A DNA stretch of 64,000 bases from Prorocentrum cordatum (GCA_963575745.1 CAUYUJ010000001.1:1674001-1738000), one strand, 5' to 3'; shown: positions 1 to 13,662, counted from the stretch's first letter. Notes: generated from the sequence alone by a model not told the origin. A program made the numbers and translations.

Positions 1-1961
1 TGGTTTCAGAACGTCGCTACCAGGCCCCTTTGAAGCACGAGGAGTGGCAAAGCCAACGGCGGTGTGTTGGCATGCTGGTCTTAGTAGGTCGCCGTCCCCA
101 CTGGTCCAGTCGAGATGATGACATCGGTGGATATGTGCAGCTTGCCTCGCAGGATACAACAGCGCATGGGCCACATGTTGACTCGTTAAGGTTTGTGGTT
201 TGTGTGCTTCTAAGACGTTCGTGGGCTTGCCAGATTTAAAAAGGTTGATGGTTGGTATGTGAGTTGCCATTTCTAAGATTTGTTATGGAAAAGTTCTGGG
301 GCTGCCGCGTTCTCGCAGCGCGCAGGACGTTGAGCAGGAATTCCCGCACGAGGCAGACGGTGTGAAGGGCCAGCCGGAGGAGGAGCGGCACAAAGGCCTT
401 GTCCACAGAGGCCATCCTGAGGCTCCTTCAGACAGTCGACCGCACAAGGTGAATCGCAGCGCCTTTGCTTTGGACTTCTTGCACCGCGACTCAAGGTCCA
501 GGGCTTAACATCGGCCGTGAGGAAACCTTACTTCCCCTCCCGTCCCTGCCCCCCCCCTCTCCCCCCCTACTCGAGTGGAGAAAGGGGCGAACTGGGGATG
601 CAGGATGGGGGAAGAGGAGGGTTGGAGGAGGAGGAGGAGGAGGAGGGAAAGGAGGAGGACCAGAGTAAACCCGATATGAGTTCAAGATTGTACAACGCAC
701 TTTCCTGTCCCAAGTCCCTTTGTCACTGGGCCCATCAGTGTTTGAAATGCACCGCCCTCCATGCTTCGATCAATAAGGACTGCGACAAGTTGGGCTTCTC
801 AACGTACAGGAGGTGCCCAGCGACAGCCTCGCGTTGAAAAGGAATCGCCCTGCATACGTGTAGCTGTTGGGCGAAGCTTGACTTCCGGCAGTCATATCAC
901 ACGAGGTCTCGGGCGAGAACCCCGCATTGAAAGGAACCGCCCTCGACCGCCCGTAGAACAATTGCACAAGTTTGCATGTCTGGTATGCCTATCTATGTAT
1001 GTATGTGTATATATATGTATGTATGTATATATATATATATATGTATGTGTAGCTTTCTCTCTCTCTCTCTCTGTGGAGCCCCCACTGTCGAGACGATCGA
1101 AGCAGTCGTGATGGTTCATCACATGTAAAACACCGTTCGTGTGCTCCCGCCGCCGCCCAGGATGGGTGGGCGGATCAAGTTACTGAAATCCGACGAGCGG
1201 CATTCGCCCTCGTAGAGCTCACTAAGACGCCCGTGTAGGCCTCTGCGGATTCCGTGTGGACTCCTTCTGAGTACGAACGATATATATATATATACATATG
1301 TATACATATAGTTTTTCTCCCCCTCTCTCTATAAATAAATAAATATATATATATATATATGTGTATATATATATGTATATATATATATGTCTATATATAT
1401 ATATATATCGAAAGAGCCCCACGGGCGCCAGAGTTGGCCCCCCTCCCCCATCGCCAAGGGGACCCGTGGGGACGCAGGGGGGCTTCGAATTGGAACGCGC
1501 GAATTACACCTAGGCCCAGCGAGGAACAAATCAGCACAACGTTAGCTGAGAGGAGGAGGAGGCGGAGGAGGAGGAGGAGGAGGAGGAGGAGAGACGAGCG
1601 GCGCGTGCGGCAGCAGGGGCGGCCAGGCAAGGGAGAGGAAGGGAAGAAAGAAACGGACCAGGGGTGGGGGCGGTCGGCCGGCGGGGATCGTGGTGGTGGT
1701 GGTCATGGTCGGAATGGGCGTAGTGGTCGTGGGGGCGGTAGTCGTAGCGGTGGTCGTCGTAGTGGTCGTGGTGGTCGTAGTGGTATTGATGGTCGCGGCG
1801 GTCGCAGGAGCTCGTGGTGGTGGGTGAGCGAAGTGGCGGTGGGCTCGGTTGCCGTAGCGGTCGTGGGGCGGCTGCCGTGGTGGCGGTCGGCGGGCGCGCT
1901 AGTGGCCGAAGTGCTGGTGGCAGTGGTCGCGCTGGAGCTGGTGGTCGCTACAATGGGCCGC

Positions 1962-3251
1962 TCACGCTGCACTCAGCAGCATCTCAGCGTTGCCGAACGC
2001 GAGGCACCGCTGAATCTTTCTCCACGTGGTAGAGATCAAAGCAGACCGGTCGGCGTCCGGCAGGTCCCGGCCGCAGGAGCGCACGAAAGCGACCAGCTCG
2101 TCAGCCGGCTGGCCCCCAGACTCCAAGACGGCTGGGATGAGTTCCCCGCCGGCCGGAGAGTAGCGCGCCCGCTTTTTGTCGACTGCTTCAGCCGCCGCCA
2201 CCCCGTCCGCGCGGGCCCTGGCCTGCCTGCGAGCGTTGTTGTCGCTGTGTTCGCAGGTAACAGACCAGTCCACGTAGATCAAGGAGTTGGTGGCTGGGTC
2301 GCGCGTGGCCGCGTGGAGGGTGGCCTCCTCCCAGGCCCCGGTGTCGGGGTGCTGGCGGTCCCAAGCGGGGACTCGTTGCTCGGTCTCAGCCTTGTGACCC
2401 GTCTGAGCATAGTGCCAAGGCGCCCTCCAGTCGTGCAGGGAGTTGTGCCTGTAGTCCCTGCTGCCGCCGCACCCGCACTTCTGGGCGTGCCAGCCTTTGG
2501 TGTCCAGCGGCTCCCCGCAGAGCGAGCCGTCCTCCTGTCGGTGCTGGCAGCGCGCGCCCAGGGCGCACGTGTCGCAGCTGAGGCGCATGCGCAGGTTGGC
2601 CAGGAAGTGGGCGTCTGGGAGGGGCGCGTCGCCCTCCTCGCGCGGCAGGAGCCAGGCCCCCGCGCCGGGCCCTCCGCCCCCGCGTAGAGCGACCTGGCCG
2701 TCCTCGTCCAGCGTCCGGAGGAGCCGTTCTCTCTTGGCGGCGGAGCTCCTCTTGCCCCAGTGCCCCTGCTGCTTGGTCTTGGGCTCGGCCAGGAGAGCTG
2801 CCCAGCCCAAGGGCTCGGCCTTCGCCCCCTGCTGGTCGAGGTCCGCTTCGGCGCGGCGCCAAGCGTCTGCCGTCTGAGAGCAGCGGGTCCGAACGGCCTC
2901 CGCCGAGGTAGCTCCGAGGCAGGCTGCCACGCCCCGGAAGCAGAAAACCCAGCTTCCGAGGTAAGCTCGGGCGGCAGTCTCCCGGGCTGAGGGGAAGCCG
3001 TTGCCGCCGTCTTTGAGGCGGAGGGTGAGCCACTCCTTCTGCTCAATTCTCAAGGGCCCAGTCAGCTCAGCGTAGGCCCCGAAGAGCAAGTCGTCGAGCT
3101 CCCCCACCCAGGCGGTCTCGTAGCTCGCGCGCAGCAGGTGGGTGCAGCAGCCCCGGGCGCAAGTGCGGAGTAGCGCGTGTCCCCTTTCCGCCGAGAGCCC
3201 GTGGTGGCGCAGCGTTCTCCAGTGGGCCAGGAAGCGGCGCGTCTTTCCCAT
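1962..3251 (-). mobile_element. 5'-truncated non-LTR retrotransposon of the restriction-like endonuclease type (CRE/R2-like): RT thumb region, CCHC zinc knuckle, RLE domain
   Basis: 429-aa ORF with LRLKDGGNGF (post-RT GGxG), CQH..CGEPLD..GWHAQKC zinc knuckle, RHN motif, EQRVP..IYVDWSV, KKRARY and PAVLESGG motifs typical of RLE domains. The RT core is absent. The 3' UTR probably runs to about 1410, next to (TA)n. Confidence 0.85.
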
Positions 3252-3329
3252 GCCGCCGGCCCTCTCTTAGAATGGGACTTGCCAGAGCTATGTTGGGATG
3301 TCTGGGCGCTGACGCGAAGCACTGTCGGG

Positions 3330-3521
3330 ACTTCACGCGAGGGCCAACATTCATTTACGAGGGTTTATGGATTCGGTGGCGGGAATATTCGGCAACGCGT
3401 GATAGTTCATGGCTTCGGGGACGCGAGCGTTGCATATGTTACAAGGGTCTGTGGCCTCGGGGGCCCACATATTGCGTAATTTGTTGAGGTGTATGGCTTC
3501 GGGGGCGCAACTATTGCGTAA
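3330..3521. repeat. ~40-bp degenerate tandem repeat (TATGGCTTCGGGGCGCGAATATTGCGTAATTT-like), left part
   Basis: About 5 degenerate units. The same repeat resumes at 12964-13350. Confidence 0.75.
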
Positions 3522-3795
3522 TCCCACCAGCCCTCTGGGCGCAGGTGATCAAAATCCATTTTTCCCTATCGGGGAGGCTTTTTTTCTTTAAGTCTTATGA
3601 TTCAACACCCCCACATCCCCACGTAGCCCGCCCATAGCAACCCCGCCGTCCTAACGGACCAGAAATCTAGCACAAGCTGATGTTTTTTTCTCGCCAACAT
3701 GTCGTCGAGTTGCGACAAGTGTAGCAGGAATGGGAAGGAATGAACTTAGCTTGGGTAGCCCAAAGCGGATGGTCACGTCCTACCCATCCCAAAAC

Positions 3796-5817
3796 ATATC
3801 CTGGCGAATGACCCAACCATATGCAGTTGAGGGTACCGCAATTGTGAAAATCTTCTTCGGTGAATCTCTCTATGGGGCCACGAAGCGCTGCACTGGGTGG
3901 GGGGGAACGCTGTTCTGGGTGAGTGGTGTGTCAAGTAAGGCTTCCGGGGCGCATACGGACGGTCCCACTGGGGGCTTCGGTGGAGCTCCCTGTGGGGCCA
4001 CGAGGCGCTGTACCGGGTAAGTGAAAATGCCAAATTGGGCTTCTGGGACGCACGCGGGCGGTCCCACTGGAGGCTTCCGTGGGACTTCCTGTGGGGCCAC
4101 GAAACATTGTACTGGGTGGGTGAAAACGCCAAATTGGGTTTCCGGGACGCATGCGGACGGTCCCACTAGGGGGCTTCGGCGGAGCTCCCTAAAGGGCCAC
4201 GAAACGTTGTGTTGGGTGGGTAAAAATGCCACGTTGGGTTTTCGGGACGCACGCGGACGGTGGCACTGGGGCCTTCGGTGGAGTTCCCTACGGGGCCACG
4301 CAATTTTGGATTGGGTGGGTGAAGATGCCACAATGGGTGTTTCGGGGCGCTTGCGGACGATCCCACTGGGGCCTTCGGTGGAGCTCCCTGTGGGGCCACG
4401 AAATGCTGCACTGGGTGAGTGAAAATGCAACATTGGGTGCGCGGGACGCACGCGGACGGTGGCACTTGGGCCTTCGATGGAGTTCCCTGTGGGGCCACGA
4501 AACGCTGCAATGGGTGAGTGAAAATGCCAAATTGGGCGTTTCAGGACGCACTCGGACGGTCCCGCTGTGACCTTCGGTGGAGCTCCCTATGGGGCCACGA
4601 AGCGCTGTACTGAGTGGGGGGGGCGCATGTGTACGGTGGCACCGGGGCCCTTCGGTGGAGCTCCCGTATGGGGCCACGAAACGCTGTACTGAGTGGGGGG
4701 GGCGCATGTGGACGGTGGCACCGGGGCCTTCGGTGGAGCTCCCCATGGGGCCACGAAGCGCTGTACTGAGTGGGGGGGACGCATGTGGACGGTGGCACTG
4801 GGGCCTTCGGTGGAGCTCCCTATGGGGCCACGAAGCGCTGTAGTGAGTGGGGGGACGCATGTGGACGGTAGCGCTGTGACCCTCGGTGGGGCTCCCTATG
4901 GGGCCACGAAGCGCTGTACTGAGTGGGGGGGACGCATGTGGACGGTGGTACTGCGGCCTTCGGTGGAGCTCCCCATGGGGCCACGAAGCGCTGTACTGAG
5001 TGGGGGGATGTGGACGGTGGGGGGCCTTCGGTGGAGCTCCCTATGGGGCCACGTGTACTGAGTGGGGGGGACCGGCACTGGGGCCTTCGGTGGAGCGGTG
5101 GTGGACGCATGTGGACGGTGGGGGGCCTTCGGTGGAGCTCCCTATGGGGCCACGAAACGCAGCTGGTGGGGGGGGCGCGGTGGCACTGGGGCCTTCGGTG
5201 GAGCTCCCTATGGGGCCACGAAGCGCTGTACTGAGTGGGGGGGACGCATGTGGACGGTGGCACTGGGGCCTTCGGTGGAGCTCCCTATGGGGCCACGAAG
5301 CGCTGTAGTGAGTGGGGGGAGCATGTGGACGGTGGCACTGGGGCCTTCGGTGGAGCTCCCTATGGGGCCACGAAACGCTGTACTGGGTGGGGGGAACGCA
5401 TGTGGGGCCTTCGGTGGAGCTCCCTATGGGGCAACGAAGCGCTGTACTGAGCGGGGGGGCGCATGTGGACGGTGGCACTGGGGCCTTCGGTGGAGCTCCC
5501 TATTGGGCCACGAAGCGCTGTACTGAGTGGGGGGGGCGCATGTGGACGGTGGCACTGGGGCCTTCGGTGGAGCTCCCTATTGGGCCACGAAGCGCTGTGC
5601 TGAGTGGGGGGGGGGCGCACGTGGACGTTGGCACTGGGGCCTTCGGTGTGGCTCCCGATGGGGCTACGAAGCGTTGTTCTGGGTGGGTGAAACGAAGGGA
5701 AGAGGGGGAGGAGGGAGGAGGAGGGATGAGGGGGAGGAGGAGAGGAGAGGAGGAGGAGGAGGAACGCGGGGACCGTTTCTTCAAAACGAGGACCCAACAA
5801 CACAGGTTGGTTGGGAA
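3796..5817. mobile_element. Non-coding element with asymmetric inverted repeats carrying a ~63-80-bp minisatellite (GGGGCCTTCGGTGGAGCTCCCTATGGGGCCACGA core)
   Basis: Starts ATATCCTGGCGAA, then CCCAACCA (3812-3819). Ends TTCAAAACGAGGACCCAAC..TGGTTGGG(5808-5815)AA. The same ends and repeat core occur at 30958-32095. Confidence 0.75.
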
Positions 5818-6794
5818 CAAAACAGAGTCAACGTTTCTCTCGTCAACATTGACTTTCTTGCCGTCGACGCTGCGAAGAGTGCAGCAGGAATGGGACGCGG
5901 CGCACATCGCGCGCGGGCGCCTGGCCAACCCTACGCGGGACCCCCTGTCCGACTTGCCCAAAAACATAGCAACGTCGACTTTTTTGCCAGCATGTGTTTT
6001 CTCTTCGCTGGCGCTGCGAGTCGCGCAGCGGGCATGGGGCGCGGCGCACATCGCGCGGGGGCGTCTGCTCGTCAACATGGACTTTCTTGTCGTCGACGCT
6101 GCGGCCCGTCGGGTTGAGGAGCTGGGCGGGCGGCAAGTCATAATGCCTTGAGCGAGTGCGCTTCGAGCAAGTGCCTCAGGAGACCCCCAGGAGGTCAAAA
6201 AAAGGCGCCCAGGAGGCCTGGGGGGGGGGGGCAACGCAAATATTCATTTTCATTTGGTGTTTGAAGGATTGCGAGGTTAGCACCTACTTGCGTCGACAAT
6301 GTTCCAATCCAGAAGATATATCCAAGAGGCCCTCGGGCGCGTGCCAGAGAGCTCCAGGGACCCCCCGCGAATTCCCAAGGGGCATTTTCCTCATCCTCCT
6401 CAGTTCCCCCCCCCTCTCTCCCCCCCCGTCCTCCTTCCCTTCCTCCATGCGCGGCATGGGCGAAACGATTGGCGGTGCAGCGCGCGCTGAACGTCTGGCC
6501 GCCCGCGATATAAGAGTAGCGGCAGGCGTCGGGCGCGACGCACTTGCTCCGTAAGTTGTGGGAGGGCGGGTGGGAGTGGACGGAGCTCTCTGGCTCGTTC
6601 GAGCTGGCTAACTAGATCATTGTTCCCCATTAATAAACACCTCCTCCCCCAGGCGACCGGTGGCCAACCCGGGGCCACGGCGACACCCCCCCCCCCCCGC
6701 GCGCAATCCTCTGGAAAAAATAAGCAATGCAGAACACATTCGGCCTCCAAATTCGGAACATGCGCAGCCAAACCGACGCGTCCCCCCCCCCCCA

Positions 6795-6796
6795 CG

Positions 6797-6828
<32 letters not shown>

Positions 6829-7122
6829 CGCACACGCACACACGCACACGCACACGCACACGCACACGCACACGCACACGCACACGCACACGCACACGCA
6901 CACGCACACGCACACGCACACGCACACGCACACGCACACGCACACGCACACGCACACGCACACGCACACGCACACGCACACGCACACGCACACGCACACA
7001 CACACGCACACGCACACACACACACACGCACACGCACACGCACACGCACACGCACACGCACACACGCACACGCACACGCACACACACACACACACACACG
7101 CACGCACCACGCACGCACGCAC
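6795..7122. repeat. (CACACG)n/(CA)n microsatellite
   Basis: Directly visible. A (GGC)n tract follows at 7149-7287. Confidence 0.95.
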
Positions 7123-8328
7123 ATCCTTTAAAAAAACAAGGACACTTGGCGGAGGCGGCGGCGGCGGCGGCTGCGGGGGCGGCTGCGGCGGCGGCGGAGG
7201 CGGCGTCGGCGGCGGCGGCGGCTGCGGCGGCCGCGGCGGCGGCGGCGGCGGCGGCGGCGGAGGCGGCGGCGGCGGCGGCGGCGGCGGATTGGCCCCCAGT
7301 AGCTACCCATCCAAAGACGACGGCTGAATAGGCTGAGGCTCGGGCCAGACCCGGGCGCTACGTATGCGTTGGGAGGGCGGGCGGGGGCGAGCGAGACGGC
7401 TTGCGGACGGGGGGGGAGGGGGGTCTTGACCCCTCCCCCACCCCCTCCTTTGGACTTTTTGGGCTTCGGTCGCGGGCGGTTGGAGGGCCCCTTCTCTTCG
7501 GCCCCTGGGAGAGCCAATTTGCGATGTTCGCCGCGAGGATCGCGGCCCCCGACGGGGGGGGTGGCGGGGGGAGGGCGATCGGGGCCCTCCTTCCTTTGAT
7601 CGATAGCCTCGAAGATGGCCCCAAGAGGCGCCCCAGGCCCCCCGAGAGCGTCCCAAGGGAGCTCCAAGAGGGCCCCAAAAGGGCCCCAATGTGGCACCGA
7701 GAGGCCCCCGAGAGTCCCCCTAAGGGGCCACCTGGGCGGCTTCAGAGAGCCCAAGATGACCTCCAGGATGGCCCATATAGCCCAAGCTGGCTCAAGATGG
7801 CCCCCAAGATGCCCCAAACGGCCCCAGGGCCGCTCCAAGCGCGCCCAAGAGCGTTCCAAGAGAGCCCCAAGAAGCGGTTTGCCAGCCCCTGAAAGGGGGG
7901 CGGTGGGTTGCCCCCCCCCCCCCCCCCCCCCCCCTCCCCCTCCTTCCACCCATCCTGTAATCGATGGTTTCCAAGATGATCCCAAGAAGTTTCCCAGGGC
8001 TACCAAGAGGGTTCCAGGAGGGCCCCCAGCGCTCCCAGAGAACGCCAGCAGCAGAAGCAGCAGCAGCAGACGCAATCATACCCCTGAATGGTTCCACGGG
8101 TCGCCCTCGTCCGCGCCCTCCTCCCCCATCCCCTCCTTCCCCCCCCGATCCTCCTCCTCCCCCTCCTCTTCCCCTCGCCCCGCCATCCGTGGCCGTGTTG
8201 GCTCATGGCCCCAGGTTCCCCTGTGGGCCAAGTGAAGGCATCTGATCCGAGGACAGACCCCATGTTTTCTGCAACCACAGGGTTTCGCACCCCTTTCCAG
8301 TTGCCCAGAGTTTGTCCCGAGTTCAGAC

Positions 8329-11300
8329 GTGTCAGGCAGAGGCTCCGACAAAGGCGCGGCTGCCGCTAGCAGCAGCGCCCCGATCGAGGCAGACGAGGGG
8401 GCCACGCAGGTTGTCCCAGTCTCGCACCCGGAGAGGATCGCCTTGGCCATGGAGACGAGTGCGGAGTCGCCCAGGAAGATGGAGGCGACGATGGCGGCGC
8501 TCGTGGAGAACCATGAGCTCGCCATGAGCGAGGTCGTGAAGGTCAGATCTTTGGAGGCGCGAGCTGCAAGCAAGCGTCGAGGCGGCATCGGCGCAACTTC
8601 CGCAGGGCGCGGGTCAGTCCGACGCTGCGTTGCAGGCGCAGTTCAACACGTCCGCAGATGTCATCAAGCGTGATATGGTTGCGATGAAAAGTGAGGTGCA
8701 GGCGGCTACGACGGCTGCACCAGCTGGGTCGGTAGGTAGCACGCTTCGTCCAGCAAAGATCACGAGGGCGGCAAGTGCGGCGCCGACTGGTCTCCGGCGC
8801 ATGAAGATGCCCCTGACGATTGCAGGGGATGGGTGGGCGGTTTTCGAGGCCGCTCCCGGCGACGGCCCGCGCGGCGCAGTTCGAGAGGCTCAAAGAGCAC
8901 GTCGCCCAGCACATGTCCGAGAACATGGCGGCCAAGTTCGCCAGACAGCCATCTTTATAGCGTTCACTTCGACGCGCCGGCGCATGGTCGAGAGTTGTGC
9001 GATTCTATGACGGAGAATCCGATGTCTTGAGAAGATGTGCGCAGCAACTCTTTGCATGCTGCGCGAGCGCGCGCTGCCCTCCCTTCCTGGCGATCTTCGG
9101 AGTAGGCGAAGGCAGCTTGGCAGGATGTGGGTTCGCATGGGGGAGATGATGGTGCAGAAGGGTGCCTGGGCCTAGCCTGCCAAGGTGGGGGCGATCGGTT
9201 TCAGGGGCGTTCTATTTCATCCATCCAGAATGGCGACATATGGATCCACTTCCGCGGCGCGCTCGCCCCGCTGACGCGGATGACCTGCGCGGCAACAGAC
9301 GACCCGGGGAGCTTCGACTTCCGGCGAGCTGGCGTCGACGAGCTGCTGCTGGGGCCCCTCAACCAGTTGTACTTTCCGCCACCAGGGGATGCGTCTAATG
9401 CAGGCCCCGCAGGAAGGCGCGACCTGGCCGAGCAGCATGGCGACCAGGAGCTCCGACGGGTCGCTTGGTATTCCTTGTCGTCTTTGAGCTCTTGGGATTC
9501 TTTGGAAAGCGATCGTTCTTCGGAGGATGGGTCTGGTGGAGTGCGCGGTGGCGCGCGCATAGCTCTTCGCCCCTTCGCCCCCAAGAAGACGTTTGCGCAT
9601 GGCGACCTGGAACGCGCGCGCGCTCCTCGGTTCTTTCCGCCCTGTTCGGGCCCAGGCTCGCACGAGGGCTGCGGCCATCTCTTTGCGCGAGCGCGCCTGC
9701 GAAGTTGCGCCGCAGGGGTCTCGCGGATGACGCGAGGGCCTCATCCTGCTGGTCGCCGATGCCCAGTCGTTCCGAGGTTGGCGCACGTTTCTCCCCGACC
9801 GAGTTGCCGGGGGCCCAGTAATCCAGATGTTCCGAAGTTTTGTTATTTCCGAGCTCTTTTTGCACGCGAAGCATGAGGTGGTCGCCGAGGGGCGATGCCA
9901 TAACGTGCATCTCCGGGGGATATGGGCGCATGGCGATATGTAACATTCTCACACATCCGAGCCTTTCCTTTTTTATTGTTTTCAGAAATATGGGTGGGTT
10001 CGACGGATACCCTCTTGGGTAAAATCTGCCACCAAGCACGCTACCTGGATATTGGGAAATGCCACTTGTTCGGATCCTGGGGACCCCCGACTTTCTCTTC
10101 GAGCTGAGCCTGTGTCGCGTGCAACCGATGCGTCGGGCAGCTTCTTCGCTCGTACTTTTCCGTTACTGTGCGTGCTGGTGCAGCTCAGCCCGACCTTTCG
10201 AGTGAAGCAGGGGGAGCAGCTGCTGTCTGCGAGTCGTTTAGATCGCATTCGCACATCCCTGGACTCAGGCCGCCTGCTCGATTTGAAGCTGGAGGCAGGA
10301 CTGGCGTGGCCTGTGACCGCTCTCACCAGGCCGAGTGACCACGCCCCGCTCTACGCATGGTTGCACCCAGATTGGAGATCGCTTTTCCCTAGGATTCCTC
10401 CGCGGGTCGTTGAGAAGCCACAGTTTTCGGTGTCCGCCCAGGGCTTGTGGCCCGATGCGCCGACGTTCCAGGGCGTTTTTTTGGTTTCGGCTCCGCGGGC
10501 TAGAAGAAACATTCCGCGAAGCAGCTCGTCGTGTTAAGGGAGGTTTTTCGCTCGACGGCCCCTCCGCTACGCAAGAGCTGACGTCGCGGCACGTTGCTGC
10601 CCTGCGCGCGATGGCCCAGGACAACGCGCGCATTGACATTGTTGAGAAAGCTGTCAGAGCCGTGCCTGAGCTGGGCGATTGCGTGGATGGCGCAGGTGGA
10701 AATGGGCGGATTACGGAGGTTTTACGGCGGCGATGAGGAGCATGTCGGAGAAGCTTTTGGAGGAGGAGGTCAAGGAGATGTTTTCGACGCCGCAGTTGCG
10801 TGGAAGCTCCAGGCAGCCCCGTTCCATGCGCCGTTGACGGCAGCGCGGCGCTGCAGGCCGAGCACTGGGGCAGGGCTCGTTCTAGACAACCTAGGGATAG
10901 AGATCGCGGGCTACCCATCCAGCGCTTTATTTAGAGTGCCTCGGAACGCGTGTTTTGGGAGGTTACGTTTGAGCTGTTCCACCAGGGACTGGGGGTTTCG
11001 TTGCTCCGCTCCTGGCCCAGACGGGGCCCCGTTCAGCAGTTGCTCCTCCGTGGGGGGCCCAGGTGCAGAGGTGCTCTATCAAGCTTGCCGGGCGCCCCTC
11101 GCGGGCGAGGCAGGCGACGACAATTTTAACGAGCGCTTGGTGATGTCCCCTCCCAAGGGGGGGTCCCAGGTTCCATCGACGCTGATTTCCAGCCAGCCAG
11201 AGACTCCGAAATTCTTGGGGAAAACGGGTAGCATGATACATTCAGGCGCTTCTAGCGCGCGCTGAACCACGGCGTGGGTTCGTGCTCCGTAGCTGTTTGA

Positions 11301-12900
11301 TCTGCAATGTTTTAGAAGCCCCTTCGGAGCTGGCGGTCTGGCATTGCGTCTCGGGAGAGCGCGACGGTGGAAGTATTCTCCTGTAGATTCGGGATCCGCC
11401 CCTTCCCTCAACCACGGGTGGATCTGGTGGGTCCTGGAGACCCCTCAATGTATTATTCGGGCTCTGCGGTTTCTGCACTCGGGCAGTCGTGCTACGATTG
11501 CGCTGGGAGATGCCGTTTCCCTGGTTCCGACATCGCCTCGGGGATTGAACAGGGGTGTCCTGCGTCAGGTTCGATCTTTGCGCTCCCCCTAGATCCTGTA
11601 GTTTGCGCCCCTTTAATGTGCCGTTCCCCCGCCAGTCTCGTATCTGCGCGGCTTCGCGGGCGATGTAATGCATGGTTCGGGGACTTGTTTGCGACTGCCC
11701 CTGCGGTGCTGGCCGTCGTGGACCAGTGCGCGTTGGCCACGGGTTTCTACCTCAGCAGTAGTGCGATTATAATCGCGCTCATGGAAGATTATCCTGGGTC
11801 ATGTATTATAGATCGGTTCGACTGGATGGGGGTGGACCTTGGACGTATATCGGCGCGTCTGTCGGTCGTGATGGGAATGGGGTGGGCTGAAGGGGTCCCA
11901 TGACCAAGTCTGTAAGGTGGGCAAGGGATGTTCGCGGGCTCGGTCTCGGCCTCGTCGAAACAATCCTCGGCGACAAAATCCTCGCCATCCCTGTCGCGCA
12001 GTTCGTCGCCCAGTTGTTTGAGCCGCCGCGCGCCGCGTTCCGTCTGGGGGGCGAGCGTCTCCAGCTGCTCGTCAACGGCCCGCCGCGCGGAGTGCCAAGA
12101 GCAGTATTCTTTGATCTCGAGAGCTCGGGGATCAAGTTATACTCGCCGCAGGTGCGGCAGCTGCTCGCGGCGGCAGGGCGTCGTGCTGCGCGAAAAAAGT
12201 GAGACGCGCGCGAAGTTGATTCAGTGGTATAACGAGATAACCGACTCAGGCGAGTACGTTGGCGCTTACTCCTTCTCCTCCGTGTTCCAGCAGCCCCTGC
12301 TGTTCCAGCTCGACAGAGTTGTTCAGTTGTTGGACCAGGCCCCAAAGATGCCCGAGGGCCCCGAGAAACGTAACTTCCAGGCCGCCGTGTTGAAAGCCAT
12401 CCAGGGCGCGTTCCCCCTTCAAGCTTCGCGTGGAGCTTTTATTCCGAGGCTCCCGTATGTCCTCGGATCTGATGTTGTGAGGCCTGAGATGAGAACCCAG
12501 TTGTTCACTAAACTAGGTAGATTCGTCCAGAGGTTGCCAGCTCTTGCGATGTCTAGTCTTGCCATGTCGATGTGAATGCATGGTGCACTGCGCGAAGGCA
12601 ACACCAAGGCCCCGCGAGATGTTTTTTTTTGTTTCCCGGATGTATGAACGTCGGCGGGGACAATCTTATACATTGTGGTATCTGTCATATTTCCGATCCT
12701 GTCGTTGCCCGTCTCCTCCCTCTTTTGCCGACAGCATATGATGATTTGAGCGGGCCTGAAACATGTGTCCTTTGGTGTTTCCAGGTGATCTTGACGCTCA
12801 GGCAAATTGTGTAGTTGCTCTCGGTTTGTTTTTTCCATGCATAGAACAAGGTCAGGAATTCCCAGCGGAGGCTCAGCGTCTCCAGTCTGATTAAGGCGCG
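8329..12900 (+). mobile_element. Decayed LINE (APE endonuclease + RT + C-terminal zinc knuckle), multiply frameshifted; boundaries approximate
   Basis: Motifs in collinear order across broken ORFs: coiled-coil-like ORF1 remnant (8329-9010); SRLDRI..PSDHAPL (APE C-terminus, ORF 10052-10537); SAPGPDG (ORF 10594-11265); GIEQGCPASGSIFAL and degenerate WFGDL at the YADD position (ORF 11367-11903); NAWCTARR..CFF..GC..GDNLIHCGIC (ORF 12572-12814). Confidence 0.85.
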
Positions 12901-12963
12901 GGCCCAAGTGCCGGCCCAGAGGCATGCTGGGCTCAGACGGGTGCCGAAACGCGAAGCGTTCGG

Positions 12964-13350
12964 AATTTATTAGGATTTATGGGTTCGGGGTGCGAATATT
13001 ATTCAAATTGCGAGGGTTTGTGGCCTTGGGGGCGCAAGCCTGCTGTATTTTGCAATGGTTTATGGCACTGGGGACGCGAATCTCGAATCGTCTTCAAAGG
13101 TTTATGGTTTCGGGGGCGCGAGTATTGTGTCATTTACGTAGGTGTATGGTTTCGGGGGCGCGAATATGGAGTAATGCATAAGGTTTTTTTGGTTTCGGGG
13201 GCGCGAATACTGCGCAATTTGCAAAAAGGGGTATCGCTTTCGGGGACGAATATACTTTAATTTGCAAGGGTTTACGGCCTCGGGGGGCGCGATTACGCCG
13301 CAAATTATTTGAGATTATGGCCACGGCGACGCGAATTTCATGGATTATTA
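12964..13350. repeat. ~40-bp degenerate tandem repeat, right part of the array at 3330-3521
   Basis: Units GGTTTATGGTTTCGGGGGCGCGAATA.. match those at 3330-3521. Confidence 0.75.
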
Positions 13351-13585
13351 CGTGTCGCGCGCCCCCCCCCTCAGGAATTCAGACAACGCGACCTGGACGT
13401 GGTAAGGGTTGGTTTGGGGCTCTCCCCCGTCGCGCGTTCAGCAACAACTAACAGTAAGGAAGCAAAAATCAGGATTGTAACAATGGACGCTGGAAACTGC
13501 AACTGGAACACGGAGCTGCGCACCCTCGCAGCCTGGTGTCCCCGCAAGGGGGCCAGCGGATATGTACATGTATCTGTATGTATAC

Positions 13586-13616
<31 letters not shown>

Positions 13617-13626
13617 TGTATGTATG

Positions 13627-13662
<36 letters not shown>

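Noticed and set aside
1359..2687. 442-aa + strand ORF
   Set aside because: Antisense shadow of the RLE retrotransposon plus microsatellites.
3870..5680. CRISPR-like array (also 31030-31960, 40373-40712, 45090-46305, 63085-63890)
   Set aside because: The intervening sequences are homologous to each other rather than unique spacers, and there are no cas genes. These are tandem repeats.
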